Shown: positions 1 to 9,182, counted from the first letter of the stretch. The stretch is DNA of 64,000 nt from Candidatus Saccharimonadota bacterium (GCA_017552385.1 JAFZQB010000008.1:1663-65662), one strand, 5' to 3'. The notes: generated from the sequence alone by a model not told the origin. Translations and numbers: made by a program.

Positions 1-450
1 GCGCTGAGAGTCATCGAAGTATGCCGGGACAGTAATAATGGCCTCGGTAACCTTCTCGCCTAGGAAAGCCTCGGCATCGGCTTTAATCTTAGACAGGACC
101 ATAGCGGAGATTTGTTCTGGGGTGTAGACCTTATCGTCCATCTCCACAGCAACTCCATGCCCTTTCTCAACGATTTTGTATGGCATAATGTCGAGATCTT
201 TTTGAACTTCTTTATCAGAATACTTACGACCAATAAGGCGCTTAATGCCGTAAATAGTGTTCTTCGGGTTCGTAACGCGTTGGCGTTGAGCGACTTTACC
301 TACAAGACGCTCGCCCTTTTTGGTGACAGCGACAACGGACGGGGTAGTGCGGTCACCTTCGCTGTTAGTAATGACTTCTGGCTTGCCTGCAACCATATAA
401 GCGAACGCTGAGTTCGTGGTGCCGAGGTCAATGCCGATAATCTTTGACAT
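1..450 (-). CDS. dnaK: Chaperone DnaK (Hsp70), N-terminal part; the rest lies beyond the window start
   Basis: Reverse translation from the ATG at 450-448 gives [41 protein letters not shown]..., the canonical Hsp70 ATPase N-terminus. AAAGGAG SD about 6 nt upstream. Absent from the ORF track because it is truncated. Confidence 0.95.
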   Translation of the reverse strand, partial: MSKIIGIDLGTTNSAFAYMVAGKPEVITNSEGDRTTPSVVAVTKKGERLVGKVAQRQRVTNPKNTIYGIKRLIGRKYSDKEVQKDLDIMPYKIVEKGHGVAVEMDDKVYTPEQISAMVLSKIKADAEAFLGEKVTEAIITVPAYFDDSQR

Positions 451-465
451 AAGTTTCTCCTTTCG

Positions 466-492
466 TTAGCAGTCATTAATATTCAGTGCTAA
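466..492. promoter_or_regulatory. Second, degenerate CIRCE-like inverted repeat in the dnaK leader
   Basis: TTAGCAGTC-ATTAATATT-CAGTGCTAA has one mismatch per arm to the CIRCE consensus. It lies 16 nt upstream of the dnaK ATG. Confidence 0.6.
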
Positions 493-514
493 TTTCTAGC
501 TCTATTGTAGTTGA

Positions 515-541
515 TTAGCACTCGCATGTCAAGAGTGCTAA
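515..541. promoter_or_regulatory. CIRCE operator (HrcA binding site), perfect consensus
   Basis: TTAGCACTC-GCATGTCAA-GAGTGCTAA matches the CIRCE consensus TTAGCACTC-N9-GAGTGCTAA exactly. It lies upstream of dnaK. Confidence 0.9.
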
Positions 542-648
542 TACAGGGGTGGCGGACAAGATTTTTCGGGTTTCCGATCATTATTCTGGTAATACAGCCA
601 TGGTTTTGGTAGAATAATCATAAGCAGATTAATTAATATGGAGATTAA

Positions 649-1176
649 ATGGAAACAGAAGAACTAGACACAACACAGAATACAGTGGTTTCTGATGCGG
701 AACATGACGAGACCGCTTCCGACGCCGACGAGCTCAACTCGGTACGATATGGTGGCGCAGATGTTGAGGTGACCGAGGACAGTGTTTATGTTGATTTGAA
801 TAGTTTGTTGGATAAATATGGTGAATATCTTTATGACGATGATGATACAGAAACTTACACCGAGATCAGCCCATCATCGATACATGTTACGACGACTGGC
901 CTAAGTGAGGGTCTCCAGTTGGCCGCTATAGTTGCTTCAACTGTTGGCATGTTCATCTTAATGTTCTCGCTTCTTGTGTCTATCTACATGGCCATTGTCC
1001 AGTATCGTATTTCTAAAAAGATGGGGCGTAGCACCGCTTTCGCCGTACTAGCAATTTTCTTTTGGCCAATTATGGCTGGTATTCTTGCATTTTCCAAAAA
1101 TGCAAATGATGCCAAGCTGGCAGAGCCGATTGAAGATAAACCAACAACGCCGGATGAAACGGCGGCGAATGCTTAG
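649..1176 (+). CDS. Small membrane protein with an acidic N-terminal region and a DUF5684-like C-terminal motif
   Basis: 175 aa ORF with a GGAG SD. C-terminal YRISKKMGRSTAFAVLAIFFWPIMAGILAFSK resembles the motifs of the convergent neighbour at 1227-1643. Confidence 0.6.
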   Translation: METEELDTTQNTVVSDAEHDETASDADELNSVRYGGADVEVTEDSVYVDLNSLLDKYGEYLYDDDDTETYTEISPSSIHVTTTGLSEGLQLAAIVASTVGMFILMFSLLVSIYMAIVQYRISKKMGRSTAFAVLAIFFWPIMAGILAFSKNANDAKLAEPIEDKPTTPDETAANA

Positions 1177-1187
1177 TTAAAAAACAA

Positions 1188-1216
1188 ATACCCCGCTATA
1201 GCGGGGTATTTTTTAT
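1188..1216. terminator. Bidirectional intrinsic terminator between convergent genes
   Basis: Stem ATACCCCGC / GCGGGGTAT with a TATA loop, flanked by an A-run upstream and a T-run downstream. Confidence 0.75.
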
Positions 1217-1226
1217 ATCGAACTAC

Positions 1227-1643
1227 TTATATCGAAGATGGAAGCTGTTTGTACTTGGCGTCGCTGAAAGCCAGAATCATCTGGAAGATTGGGCCAAGAA
1301 GAATGAGGCCGATAGCGAAACCTGTGCTCTTACCAAAGGACTTAGCAAGCTTGACGTTCATAACGATGCCAAGCATAAAGTTGGCAAACGGAACGAAGCT
1401 AAGGAAACAAAGAAGTGGTTCCATGCTGAGAATCTGAAGCATGGTGTAAGTGTTATAGATAGGGATGAGAGCCTTCCAGCCTTCTTTGCCAGCCTTTTTG
1501 AAAATTTTCCACTGAGCGATGTAGACGAGAACAACACAAGCGATGATAACGAGAATCATGAAAAAGCTGAAAAATCCAGCAAAGATTCCCGCACCTGCTG
1601 ATGCAGCCGTCGGATAATCGTAGGTGTAAGTGTAGTTATACAT
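1227..1643 (-). CDS. DUF5684-like small integral membrane protein
   Basis: 138 aa with multiple TM segments. Motifs WKIFKKAGKEGWKALIP and FGKSTGFAIGLILLGPIFQMILAFS. AAAGGA SD. Confidence 0.6.
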   Translation of the reverse strand: MYNYTYTYDYPTAASAGAGIFAGFFSFFMILVIIACVVLVYIAQWKIFKKAGKEGWKALIPIYNTYTMLQILSMEPLLCFLSFVPFANFMLGIVMNVKLAKSFGKSTGFAIGLILLGPIFQMILAFSDAKYKQLPSSI

Positions 1644-1717
1644 TTTTAATCCTTTGATTAATGTAATATTACCTTAAATGTAGCATAAAAAATAGGCAAA
1701 ATCAATAGTATAACAGG

Positions 1718-3091
1718 TTATCTGACAAGCTTGCTAGAAGCCAGACGGACAAGCTCAGACCATGTTGTAGCTACATGTGGCGTAGAGGAAAGTTGGTCTA
1801 CAGTGAGCTTGTGCCTAATAGCTAGGGCGACCTCTTGAATAGCTAGTGGAGCTTCAGGACAAACAATAGTAGCGCCGATAACTCTACTTTTGTGATCTGC
1901 CAAGAGCTTTATGAAACCAGTCAGGAAATCACTAGTGTTGGCAGCCGAGACTGACGAGAGAGGAAGAACGACCTTCTTGTATGGGATGCGTTTGTCGACG
2001 CACTCATGCTCGGTGAGTCCGCTAGTGGCTACGGAAGGAAAAGTATCGGTGACACGAATAAAACCATCGTATGATCTCTGGCATTTTGCTTTACTTAACA
2101 AATTTGATGCGGCAAGTACACCTTCGTAGGCGGCGCGTTCGGCGGATGATTCCCCACCAATGCAATCGCCAGCGGCATAGATGTGCTTAACCTTTGTTCT
2201 AAGATAATTATCAACTGTGATTCCGTCAATGTCGTAAGACACCCCTGCGTTTTCTAGGCCAAGATTGGTGGCTGGATTGCTGCCGGTAGCTAAGACTATA
2301 GTTGCAGTCTCAACGGTTTTTTCTTGACCTCCGCGCCGGAAAACCACTCTTTGTATCCCTGGTTTGACACTTTTTTCAACGGCGATAACGCGAGATTCCG
2401 TGAGAACTTTAATGCGAAGCTGAGTCTCAAAATACCGGGCGATGGTAGTACCTACTTCCTCGTCTTCGTGTGGGAGTAACCGCTCGGCGATTTCAGCAAT
2501 AGTGACTTTGGACCCAAGTTCGGCGAAATAATTAGCAAGCTCAACGCCCGTGCTGCCTCCGCCAACTATGAAAACTGTTTTTGGTGGGCGAGTGGTAGCG
2601 AGAGCTTCAGCTGGAGTAAGACATGCCGTAGACTCGGTACCGGTTATATCCCCCGTGTTTAGTTTACTACCAGTCGCGATAATAAACCTAGGAGCAGAAA
2701 TAATCTGGTCTTTGACTGCTAGTTCGTACGGCGAGAGAAACGATGCAAAACCTGAGAAGCACGCTATCTTCGCGGCTTCAAATGCCTTTTTAGAACCAGC
2801 TCCTGCGCGCCGCGAAGTAAGGGATCTCCAGTTTTGGGCGGTGGGGTAGTTGTAGCGGAGCGTGGAGCTAGAAATCCCGAAGCGGGCTCCATTTTGAGCT
2901 TTACGATATAGGTGGGCAAACTCAAAAAGTGCGCGTGAAGGAATATCAGTGTAGTTTAGACTGGAACCTCCCCATTTCCCTCTTTCGACAAGCGCAGTCT
3001 TGAGGCCAGCATTCGATGCATAGATAGCGGCAGATGCGCCCGCAGATCCAGAGCCTATGACAATAAGATCGTAATCAAACTTTTTGCTCAT
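1718..3091 (-). CDS. FAD/NAD(P)-binding pyridine nucleotide-disulfide oxidoreductase family protein (Lpd/SthA-like) lacking the CxxxxC redox centre
   Basis: 457 aa. N-terminal Rossmann motif DLIVIGSGSAGASAA, second dinucleotide motif FIVGGGSTGVELA, and AAGDC FAD motif. The active-site region reads GGSSLNYTDIPSRAL instead of GGxCLNxGCIPSKAL. Confidence 0.8.
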   Translation of the reverse strand: MSKKFDYDLIVIGSGSAGASAAIYASNAGLKTALVERGKWGGSSLNYTDIPSRALFEFAHLYRKAQNGARFGISSSTLRYNYPTAQNWRSLTSRRAGAGSKKAFEAAKIACFSGFASFLSPYELAVKDQIISAPRFIIATGSKLNTGDITGTESTACLTPAEALATTRPPKTVFIVGGGSTGVELANYFAELGSKVTIAEIAERLLPHEDEEVGTTIARYFETQLRIKVLTESRVIAVEKSVKPGIQRVVFRRGGQEKTVETATIVLATGSNPATNLGLENAGVSYDIDGITVDNYLRTKVKHIYAAGDCIGGESSAERAAYEGVLAASNLLSKAKCQRSYDGFIRVTDTFPSVATSGLTEHECVDKRIPYKKVVLPLSSVSAANTSDFLTGFIKLLADHKSRVIGATIVCPEAPLAIQEVALAIRHKLTVDQLSSTPHVATTWSELVRLASSKLVR

Positions 3092-3094
3092 GTT

Positions 3095-3340
3095 TTAAAT
3101 CACTTTGTTGCGATTCCGATAAACGAGGGCAAGATCTGGAGAATATTTATCGAGCTCGGAACTTACGACCCTTTCTAAATCGCTTTTAGTTATAATATTG
3201 CGTTCTTCTAGCCAAACTAAGACGGCATGGAGCACACGCTCGATAATTGGTTCGGTAGAGCCAGACGGCAACCCGAGAGACTTGGAGTCAGATTGAAGCA
3301 CTGATACAAGCTCTTCTGGAGAGAAAATCTGGTCCGACAT
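3095..3340 (-). CDS. Hypothetical small cytoplasmic protein
   Basis: 81 aa ORF, tightly packed between neighbours (start overlaps the stop of the upstream gene at 3340). No motif recognised. Confidence 0.45.
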   Translation of the reverse strand: MSDQIFSPEELVSVLQSDSKSLGLPSGSTEPIIERVLHAVLVWLEERNIITKSDLERVVSSELDKYSPDLALVYRNRNKVI

Positions 3341-4044
3341 TAGGCTACTCCTTTCAGAATGACAAAAGTTAAAATGAAGGCGGCGAGGACGATAAAGCCG
3401 GCTCCAGTATAAAAACGGAAGAAATTCTTGTTTTTAAGACGCCAGCGCTGTACTTCGGCAACATTACGACCTCTGCGGATGAAGAAACGTAGAATGAGTA
3501 GCGGGAGAGTGCCGAAGACTGCGAAGATAACGAGCCCGATGGCTTGATAAAGAACGTCGAGACGCAAAATGGCGTCAGCAGAGAGAAAAAGAATAGGTAA
3601 AGTAAAGAGGATTTCTGATAAGGGGACAAGAAGCCCTAGAGAGAACGCTTCGGAGAGATTGTCTGTGGACTTGGCGCGAGAATCGATATAGCGCGCAAGG
3701 TGGCGTGGCAGCCAGAGTTCGGTCGAGCCTTTGCGACGGTAATAAAAGAACCAAGCGATAATCCCTAAGGCTACGAGTAGGCCGAATAGTATTGTATGGA
3801 AAATGTCCGGCAACACTCCTTCAGGCGACAAGACAAAGACTAGGAAAAGCGTGGTGCCCAACAGAAGAAAATTCATAAGTGTGGAGCCTGAGATGAAGGA
3901 CGAGGCGAGCTTTTTGGTTTTAGCGCGAATATTCTTACCAAGCGATGCATGGTATAGCAAAAGTAATGTGCCAAGCGGCAACTGTAGTGAGGCGGTAACT
4001 AAACCTCCTAAGATGATAATGCCAAGCGAGACATAAACCTCCAT
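3340..4044 (-). CDS. Polytopic membrane protein, unknown function
   Basis: 234 aa with about 6 hydrophobic helices. Extended -10 TGTTATAAT lies 8 nt before the ATG. Confidence 0.6.
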   Translation of the reverse strand: MEVYVSLGIIILGGLVTASLQLPLGTLLLLYHASLGKNIRAKTKKLASSFISGSTLMNFLLLGTTLFLVFVLSPEGVLPDIFHTILFGLLVALGIIAWFFYYRRKGSTELWLPRHLARYIDSRAKSTDNLSEAFSLGLLVPLSEILFTLPILFLSADAILRLDVLYQAIGLVIFAVFGTLPLLILRFFIRRGRNVAEVQRWRLKNKNFFRFYTGAGFIVLAAFILTFVILKGVA

Positions 4045-4127
4045 ATGATAGTATTATAACACAAGCTTTTAAAAAAGTATCCTGCATGTGCTTGTATTCA
4101 TAAAGCTTAGCGTGGTAGAGTGATGGC

Positions 4128-5660
4128 ATGAGAAGGAAGAGGTGTACTTGTTTAGAGATTTGCCTGATGTTCGCTCTGTCGATATTCGCTCATACCGTGT
4201 CGGTGTTTGCAAAACCTGTTATAGAAGTAGAAGAGTCCATTGAAATACAGGAAGAGCCCGAGGAAGAATTTAGAGTTGAAGAAGAGATTGTCGAAGACCC
4301 GGAAAAAGATATTCCTTCTAGCGTGGTCTATATGGGGGAAAATGGCAACACAATAGCCAATATCTTGATAAAAAGTTATAATCCTGGGTTTTCTGACCCG
4401 TATGTAGGGGAGTTCTTTGAACTCACAAAACTCCCAAAATCTTCAATTTCGCTCGCCGGTCTTTCGATAATATATGAAACATCAGCAGGAAATGAATACG
4501 TAGTGTATGAATTTTCTGAAGGTCACGAAATGGTCGGCGAGTCTCTCCTTATGCGTTTAGCAAGCTCAAAAGAAGTAGATGCCGCAGAAAATGCCTCGTT
4601 GGTTGCTGATGTAACTTACACACGGAATATGTCACAAAGTGCGGGACGGCTAAAGTTAAAGTATGAAGACGAAACAATCGATGCTGTTTGTTGGGGATTA
4701 AAAGAAACTGGATGTTACGGCGCATTCTCCTCTAAGAAACCATCGACGCTAGTGAGAATAATAGATGATGAAGAGATAGGCGATTTTGCGCATAAGGAAG
4801 ATTATGCACCCAAATTTGACGTTGAGAACCCTGGTCTACATTTTAACGAACCAGAAGAAGAGGCGATTCTACCAAGATGCAGAGAAATGGAATTCTCTGA
4901 ATTGTTTTCTTATTATGAGAATACAAGCACTGAACAGTTTATCGAGCTATTTAATCGCGGAGAAGAAACCGTTGACTTGGCTGGTTGCCTCCTTAGATAT
5001 AAGAATAATTATTATGCACTCGATAAAACTGTAATCGGACATGGATTTATAGTTTTTTATCCAGCGATCGAATGGCAAATCACATTAACCAAGAACCCGG
5101 TTTCGTCGAACAGGATAGAACTAGTGGACGCTGATGGAGAAATAGTGGATAGTTTAGTTTATTATAGTGGCCAAAAGCGGGGACTAAGCTTGTCTATGTT
5201 TGGATATAGATCTGACGGAAGCAGAAAATGGGAGCAAACGTATAAGTTAACTCCTGGATCAGAAAACTCATATCAACAATTCAAAACATGCCCCGTAGGT
5301 AAGGTGATAAATTTAGAAACTGGTAATTGTGTGAATGAATCTCCAATAGAAACAACTCTAGCTGCCTGCCCAGAAGGCAAGTACCGTAACCCATTAACTG
5401 GGAGGTGTAAAAGCTATGCGACAACGGCTACAGCCGAGTTGAAACCATGCGCAGAAGGTTATGAAAGAAATCCAGAGACAAATCGGTGCCGCAAGATTAT
5501 AGCAAACACAGGGGCAGATTACCCTGTAGCGACTGGAACTTATGAGGATAAAAAGGAGTTTATTTCCATATGGGCTATAGCGACAATTATTGCCGCTGGT
5601 GTTGGATATATTATCTTCCAATATAAAGATGAATTGAAACAAAAATTAATACAGAGATAA
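4128..5660 (+). CDS. Cell-surface protein with two lamin-tail-domain (LTD)-like modules, three Cys-pair repeats and a C-terminal TM anchor
   Basis: 510 aa with a signal peptide. LTD-like strings GEFFELTKL...LAGLSIIY and EQFIELFNRGEETVDLAGCLLRY. Repeats CPVGKVINLETGNC, CPEGKYRNPLTGRC and CAEGYERNPETNRC. Terminal TM IWAIATIIAAGVGYIIF. Confidence 0.7.
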   Translation: MRRKRCTCLEICLMFALSIFAHTVSVFAKPVIEVEESIEIQEEPEEEFRVEEEIVEDPEKDIPSSVVYMGENGNTIANILIKSYNPGFSDPYVGEFFELTKLPKSSISLAGLSIIYETSAGNEYVVYEFSEGHEMVGESLLMRLASSKEVDAAENASLVADVTYTRNMSQSAGRLKLKYEDETIDAVCWGLKETGCYGAFSSKKPSTLVRIIDDEEIGDFAHKEDYAPKFDVENPGLHFNEPEEEAILPRCREMEFSELFSYYENTSTEQFIELFNRGEETVDLAGCLLRYKNNYYALDKTVIGHGFIVFYPAIEWQITLTKNPVSSNRIELVDADGEIVDSLVYYSGQKRGLSLSMFGYRSDGSRKWEQTYKLTPGSENSYQQFKTCPVGKVINLETGNCVNESPIETTLAACPEGKYRNPLTGRCKSYATTATAELKPCAEGYERNPETNRCRKIIANTGADYPVATGTYEDKKEFISIWAIATIIAAGVGYIIFQYKDELKQKLIQR

Positions 5661-5663
5661 AAA

Positions 5664-5716
5664 AGCCTTAAGGTGACGGTAAATTGGGGGGGCAATTTAC
5701 CGTCGCCCTAAGGCTC
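5664..5716 (+). terminator. Long stem-loop downstream of the LTD gene (putative terminator)
   Basis: Imperfect inverted repeat AGCCTTAAGGTGACGGTAAATTG / CAATTTACCGTCGCCCTAAGGCT around a G-rich loop. Confidence 0.55.
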
Positions 5717-5724
5717 AGACAACA

Positions 5725-5801
5725 TGGTGGCGGGGGTTAGATTTGAACTAACGACCTTTTGGTTATGAGCCAAACGAGCTACCAGGCTGCTCTACCCCGC
5801 G
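5725..5801 (-). tRNA. tRNA-fMet (initiator, anticodon CAT), CCA encoded
   Basis: Hand-folded cloverleaf CGCGGGG-TA-GAGC..GCTC-G-TTTGG-CTCATAA-CCAAA-AGGTC-GTTAG-TTCAAAT-CTAAC-CCCCGCC-A-CCA. Shows a C1:C72 mismatch and A11:U24, both initiator hallmarks. Only 2 of the 3 usual G:C pairs are present in the anticodon stem. Confidence 0.85.
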
Positions 5802-5858
5802 ATATGTAAAAGAACGTGATTAATTATATATCGCGGGGTGATTTTTGTCAATAGTTAA

Positions 5859-7259
5859 CTAGCTGTCTAGTTCGTCTGTGTCTTTACAGCTTCTGATATT
5901 GTATGGATCGTCTGTATTGATACAATTGCTAGTGACATAGAAATTCTTTTTGATGGAATCATCACCATTACCGGTGGCCTGGAGCGCGAATTCGGCAAAT
6001 GGGAAGTTGTCTTTAAACTCAAGACGAGCTTCGACGCGGGAATACATATCATTAGCGCGACCGGTAGAGTCGACAGCGATTTGCACGCCTTTGAACTCTG
6101 CTACAGAAAGCTTACCATTTTCTAGACAATCTCCACGTGGCGTGTCACGATCGGTGCACATTTGGACCGAGAAAGTTGTAGTAGGATTGCCATACGGAAG
6201 AGTAAGGACTAGGAAGAATGTATTTGCATTGCGTTCGGTAACATTACCACTACCATCTGTGCCGTTGATTGGACCGGGCACTTCGATAGATGCGACGCAG
6301 GCAAATTCGTCAGAAAGGGTAGTACGGCATTTAATTTTTTGAGGCTGATTGTCAGTATCACGGTTGTAATTGTGATTGTTTGAATCGGCTAATATTGTAG
6401 TCCCATCTGAATAGTGCCCAATATGAGTTATGGCACTACTTCCAGCTGGATGCGAGGTGCCAACGTTAGCAGTGGCGTCATCGCCTTCCGGAACTAGGAC
6501 GATAGTGCCACGGTTAGTAGCTTTGGTGGAAGAATCGTAGCTATTGAATTGATCAAGCGTGAACTGACCAGCGGTTTGAATTATCTGCGCAGTAACGGTC
6601 GGTGGCGTAGGAGTCCCCAAGCTGCTATTCGTTGAATAGAACGAATCTGCATTTGCGTAGTTCATTGTAGAGAATAGGCCATCTTCTTCGGTATACCAAG
6701 AAATTCTAATGCCGGTAACTGATGCCGGGTTCTCGGTTTTGAGTGGTATAACGCGAATCGGCGTACTAGAGTTTACCGTTGAACGATAGTCACCTAAGGA
6801 GTCGTCTATAATGACGCAGGTATAAGCTTGGACGATGTTGCCACTGTCGTTATTGGAGGTTTGCTCTTGAACGAGGACTTCTCCTGAACCGTCACGGCGG
6901 GAGAGCGCTTCTGAAACTGCGTCGCAGTATCCATAGCCATCCTGATCTGGAGCCATATTGGCTCTTTGGAAACCGAGCTCTATGAACTTCTCGATGTTCT
7001 CGCAGTCTGTTGGAAGAGCACCAGAATCAGCAACGGCCTTACATTCGTAATAGCGCTTCAAGGCCGTCTTAGCATCTTCGACGCCAGCTAATGCAGAGTC
7101 GTAAGCAGACTGTGCGAGCTCATCGTTAGTGGTTTTAGCCGTTTCGTTAATAATGATACGGATGAAACTGACTGTGATAACGCTGAACAAAAGCGTGCCT
7201 ATTACCACCACATAGATTGATGTGGCGCCTTTTTTAAACTTATTGATTAGATGTGGCAT
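5859..7259 (-). CDS. PilX-like type IV pilus minor component (large secreted protein with an N-terminal hydrophobic helix)
   Basis: 466 aa. N-terminus KKGATSIYVVVIGTLLFSVITVSFIRIIINETAKTTNDELAQSAYDSALAGVEDA resembles the PilX N-terminal domain. Last gene of the pilin operon. AGGAGGAG SD. Confidence 0.6.
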   Translation of the reverse strand: MPHLINKFKKGATSIYVVVIGTLLFSVITVSFIRIIINETAKTTNDELAQSAYDSALAGVEDAKTALKRYYECKAVADSGALPTDCENIEKFIELGFQRANMAPDQDGYGYCDAVSEALSRRDGSGEVLVQEQTSNNDSGNIVQAYTCVIIDDSLGDYRSTVNSSTPIRVIPLKTENPASVTGIRISWYTEEDGLFSTMNYANADSFYSTNSSLGTPTPPTVTAQIIQTAGQFTLDQFNSYDSSTKATNRGTIVLVPEGDDATANVGTSHPAGSSAITHIGHYSDGTTILADSNNHNYNRDTDNQPQKIKCRTTLSDEFACVASIEVPGPINGTDGSGNVTERNANTFFLVLTLPYGNPTTTFSVQMCTDRDTPRGDCLENGKLSVAEFKGVQIAVDSTGRANDMYSRVEARLEFKDNFPFAEFALQATGNGDDSIKKNFYVTSNCINTDDPYNIRSCKDTDELDS

Positions 7260-7271
7260 TTTCTCCTCCTT

Positions 7272-8249
7272 TTATTTGCCTGATGACTGAATCGTAAAAT
7301 TAAATTTATTTATGGCGCAATAGCTAAAATCAGAGCTGAAATATGATGGTGCTTGGCAGAAGTTGCTGCTCGACATAATATCTACGCCGCTATTGATGGT
7401 GCCCAAGATGAACGAACCGGAGAATAATAGGCGCTCAGCAGCAGCTACACGAGCTGGCTCAAAGACGACAAGGTCGTATAGCGCAAGGTCGGCATCTGTT
7501 TTGGAAAGGAGTTCTTCTGGTTCTCCCGAGAGAACATATGGAATTTCGATTACATAATTGCCCGTTCCGCCTGGACCGATGATTGCCTGTGCGGCAGATG
7601 GGTAATTCCCTTCGAGTGTATTAGTACAGATGGATCCAGAAGTATCTTCGATCTTGATTAGCCGAAAAGCGTCTTCTCCTTTTTGGCCATAACCAGTTGT
7701 TGTGGTTGCCGTCGTGCCATCTTCGCGACGATATTGATACCTAATTTTAAGTGTATGCTTCTCGCGTAGCTCTTTTTGATTACCGCTTTCATTGAATATG
7801 TAGTCATCGAAGTTGAATAAGTATCCCGTATTCCAAAGATAGGTGTATTTACCGGAACAGAAAATACCAGCAACTGGTACTTGTTTGGCATTAGCGTTAT
7901 TCTTTCCTGATGTTACTTTTACTGAAGCATAAAATTGTTGGTAAATAGAATAGAAACCATGATTTGTGTTTTCACAATTACTTTGTTGAGTGTCGTCATT
8001 GCGATATTTGTCGGAGCAGAAAGAAGATATAGAAGCTGGTGGGGATTGGACAATCGAGCTTTGAAACTCGTCGATAAGGTCACGACCAACCTGATTAATG
8101 GCTTTGATAGAATAGCCCTTACGATAGATTTGAATAATCTCGTTAGTGATGAGAGTAACAGTAAGAAGGAGCACAGAAATAAAAGCGACGGCAAGAGAAA
8201 GCTCAATAAGAGTGAAGCCCTTTTTTATTCTTTTATGGCCCGATTCCAT
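7272..8249 (-). CDS. Type IV pilin-like protein (prepilin-type N-terminal cleavage/methylation motif)
   Basis: MESGHKRIKKG|FTLIELSLAVAFISVLLL is a class III signal peptide. The ORF track starts at GTG 8255, but TGCTAAAAT at 8266-8258 favours ATG 8249. Confidence 0.8.
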   Translation of the reverse strand: MESGHKRIKKGFTLIELSLAVAFISVLLLTVTLITNEIIQIYRKGYSIKAINQVGRDLIDEFQSSIVQSPPASISSFCSDKYRNDDTQQSNCENTNHGFYSIYQQFYASVKVTSGKNNANAKQVPVAGIFCSGKYTYLWNTGYLFNFDDYIFNESGNQKELREKHTLKIRYQYRREDGTTATTTTGYGQKGEDAFRLIKIEDTSGSICTNTLEGNYPSAAQAIIGPGGTGNYVIEIPYVLSGEPEELLSKTDADLALYDLVVFEPARVAAAERLLFSGSFILGTINSGVDIMSSSNFCQAPSYFSSDFSYCAINKFNFTIQSSGK

Positions 8250-8294
8250 ATGCACTTATTTTAGCATAAACTTTTTGATTAATAAAGCTGATTG

Positions 8295-9182
8295 TTAGTA
8301 ATTATAGTTACGGCCTTTGCAGAGGCTGTCTTCTGCATCCATTTCTGTGACCATGATGCTGGCGGAGTTATTGGCACGAGCCGCAATCATAATACCGCGG
8401 CGATTTGGATAATTATTATCTTCTGAGTCAACACAGATTGTCAGCTCATTCTCGCCGTAATTATTACTTTGGTGTCCAACCGTCTTCATGAAATAAGCAA
8501 AGCTTTTAGTATTGGAAGGATCGTTGGTGTTCTCAATTTGAGTTTTAAGATGGAATGAGTAACTTGACAGTTTGTTTGATGGATAGACGTACGTATAGGT
8601 ACGAATGCTGCCGGTTGATGGGGAGCGCACAACTAGAATAGCACCATGGAATCGTTGCCCAGTCGTGTTGCTTTGACCGATACTTCCCTCCCAAGGAATT
8701 TGGTATGTAGTCATACGGTATGGCTTAGCCTGGCAAGTAGTCCCATTGCATCCTTCTCTGTCGAAGATATTGGCGTTTACGCCGCCATTGTTAACTGTGT
8801 TATATAGCATGTCGATGGCGCGAGTACCCTTAACGGCTGATGAGCTAACCGCTAGGCCTACTATGTCATAAGTATAAATTGTGTCGGTAGTGGTTGAGCA
8901 AGATGCGTCGGCACATTCGCCAATAGAAATGAGCTTACCATAAACTGCAGTTTTGGTGCGGCCAGCCTCTTCATCAAGGCTCTTATCATTTGAAACATTG
9001 AGAACGTCTGTATAAACGCCACGAACATATTCCGCAAAACCGTTCACGGCATCATTATAGCGTTGACGGGAAATGGAAGTATTCGCGCCTACGATTATTC
9101 CGATCATAAGAAAGCCAGAAAGAGCTAAAAATAGCGCAACTTCTACAATAGTAAAGCCTGTTTTTTTGAGTTTGTGTTTCAT
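8295..9182 (-). CDS. Type IV pilin-like protein (prepilin-type N-terminal motif)
   Basis: MKHKLKKTG|FTIVEVALFLALSGFLMIGII. Start overlaps the stop of the upstream ORF (TAATG). Confidence 0.8.
   Translation of the reverse strand: MKHKLKKTGFTIVEVALFLALSGFLMIGIIVGANTSISRQRYNDAVNGFAEYVRGVYTDVLNVSNDKSLDEEAGRTKTAVYGKLISIGECADASCSTTTDTIYTYDIVGLAVSSSAVKGTRAIDMLYNTVNNGGVNANIFDREGCNGTTCQAKPYRMTTYQIPWEGSIGQSNTTGQRFHGAILVVRSPSTGSIRTYTYVYPSNKLSSYSFHLKTQIENTNDPSNTKSFAYFMKTVGHQSNNYGENELTICVDSEDNNYPNRRGIMIAARANNSASIMVTEMDAEDSLCKGRNYNY

Noticed and set aside
112-411. 99-aa plus-strand ORF at the window start
   Set aside because: It lies entirely antisense to an unmistakable DnaK N-terminal coding sequence, has no motif and has odd composition. 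It is a shadow ORF.
649-1643. Convergent pair of DUF5684-like small membrane proteins considered as a toxin-antitoxin or novel pair
   Set aside because: They share only a common C-terminal membrane motif and are separate transcription units divided by a bidirectional terminator. Nothing indicates a functional system.
5664-5716. Long stem-loop considered as a small RNA or riboswitch
   Set aside because: It sits immediately after a stop codon and before a convergent tRNA, and has simple hairpin geometry. A terminator or insulator is the simplest reading.
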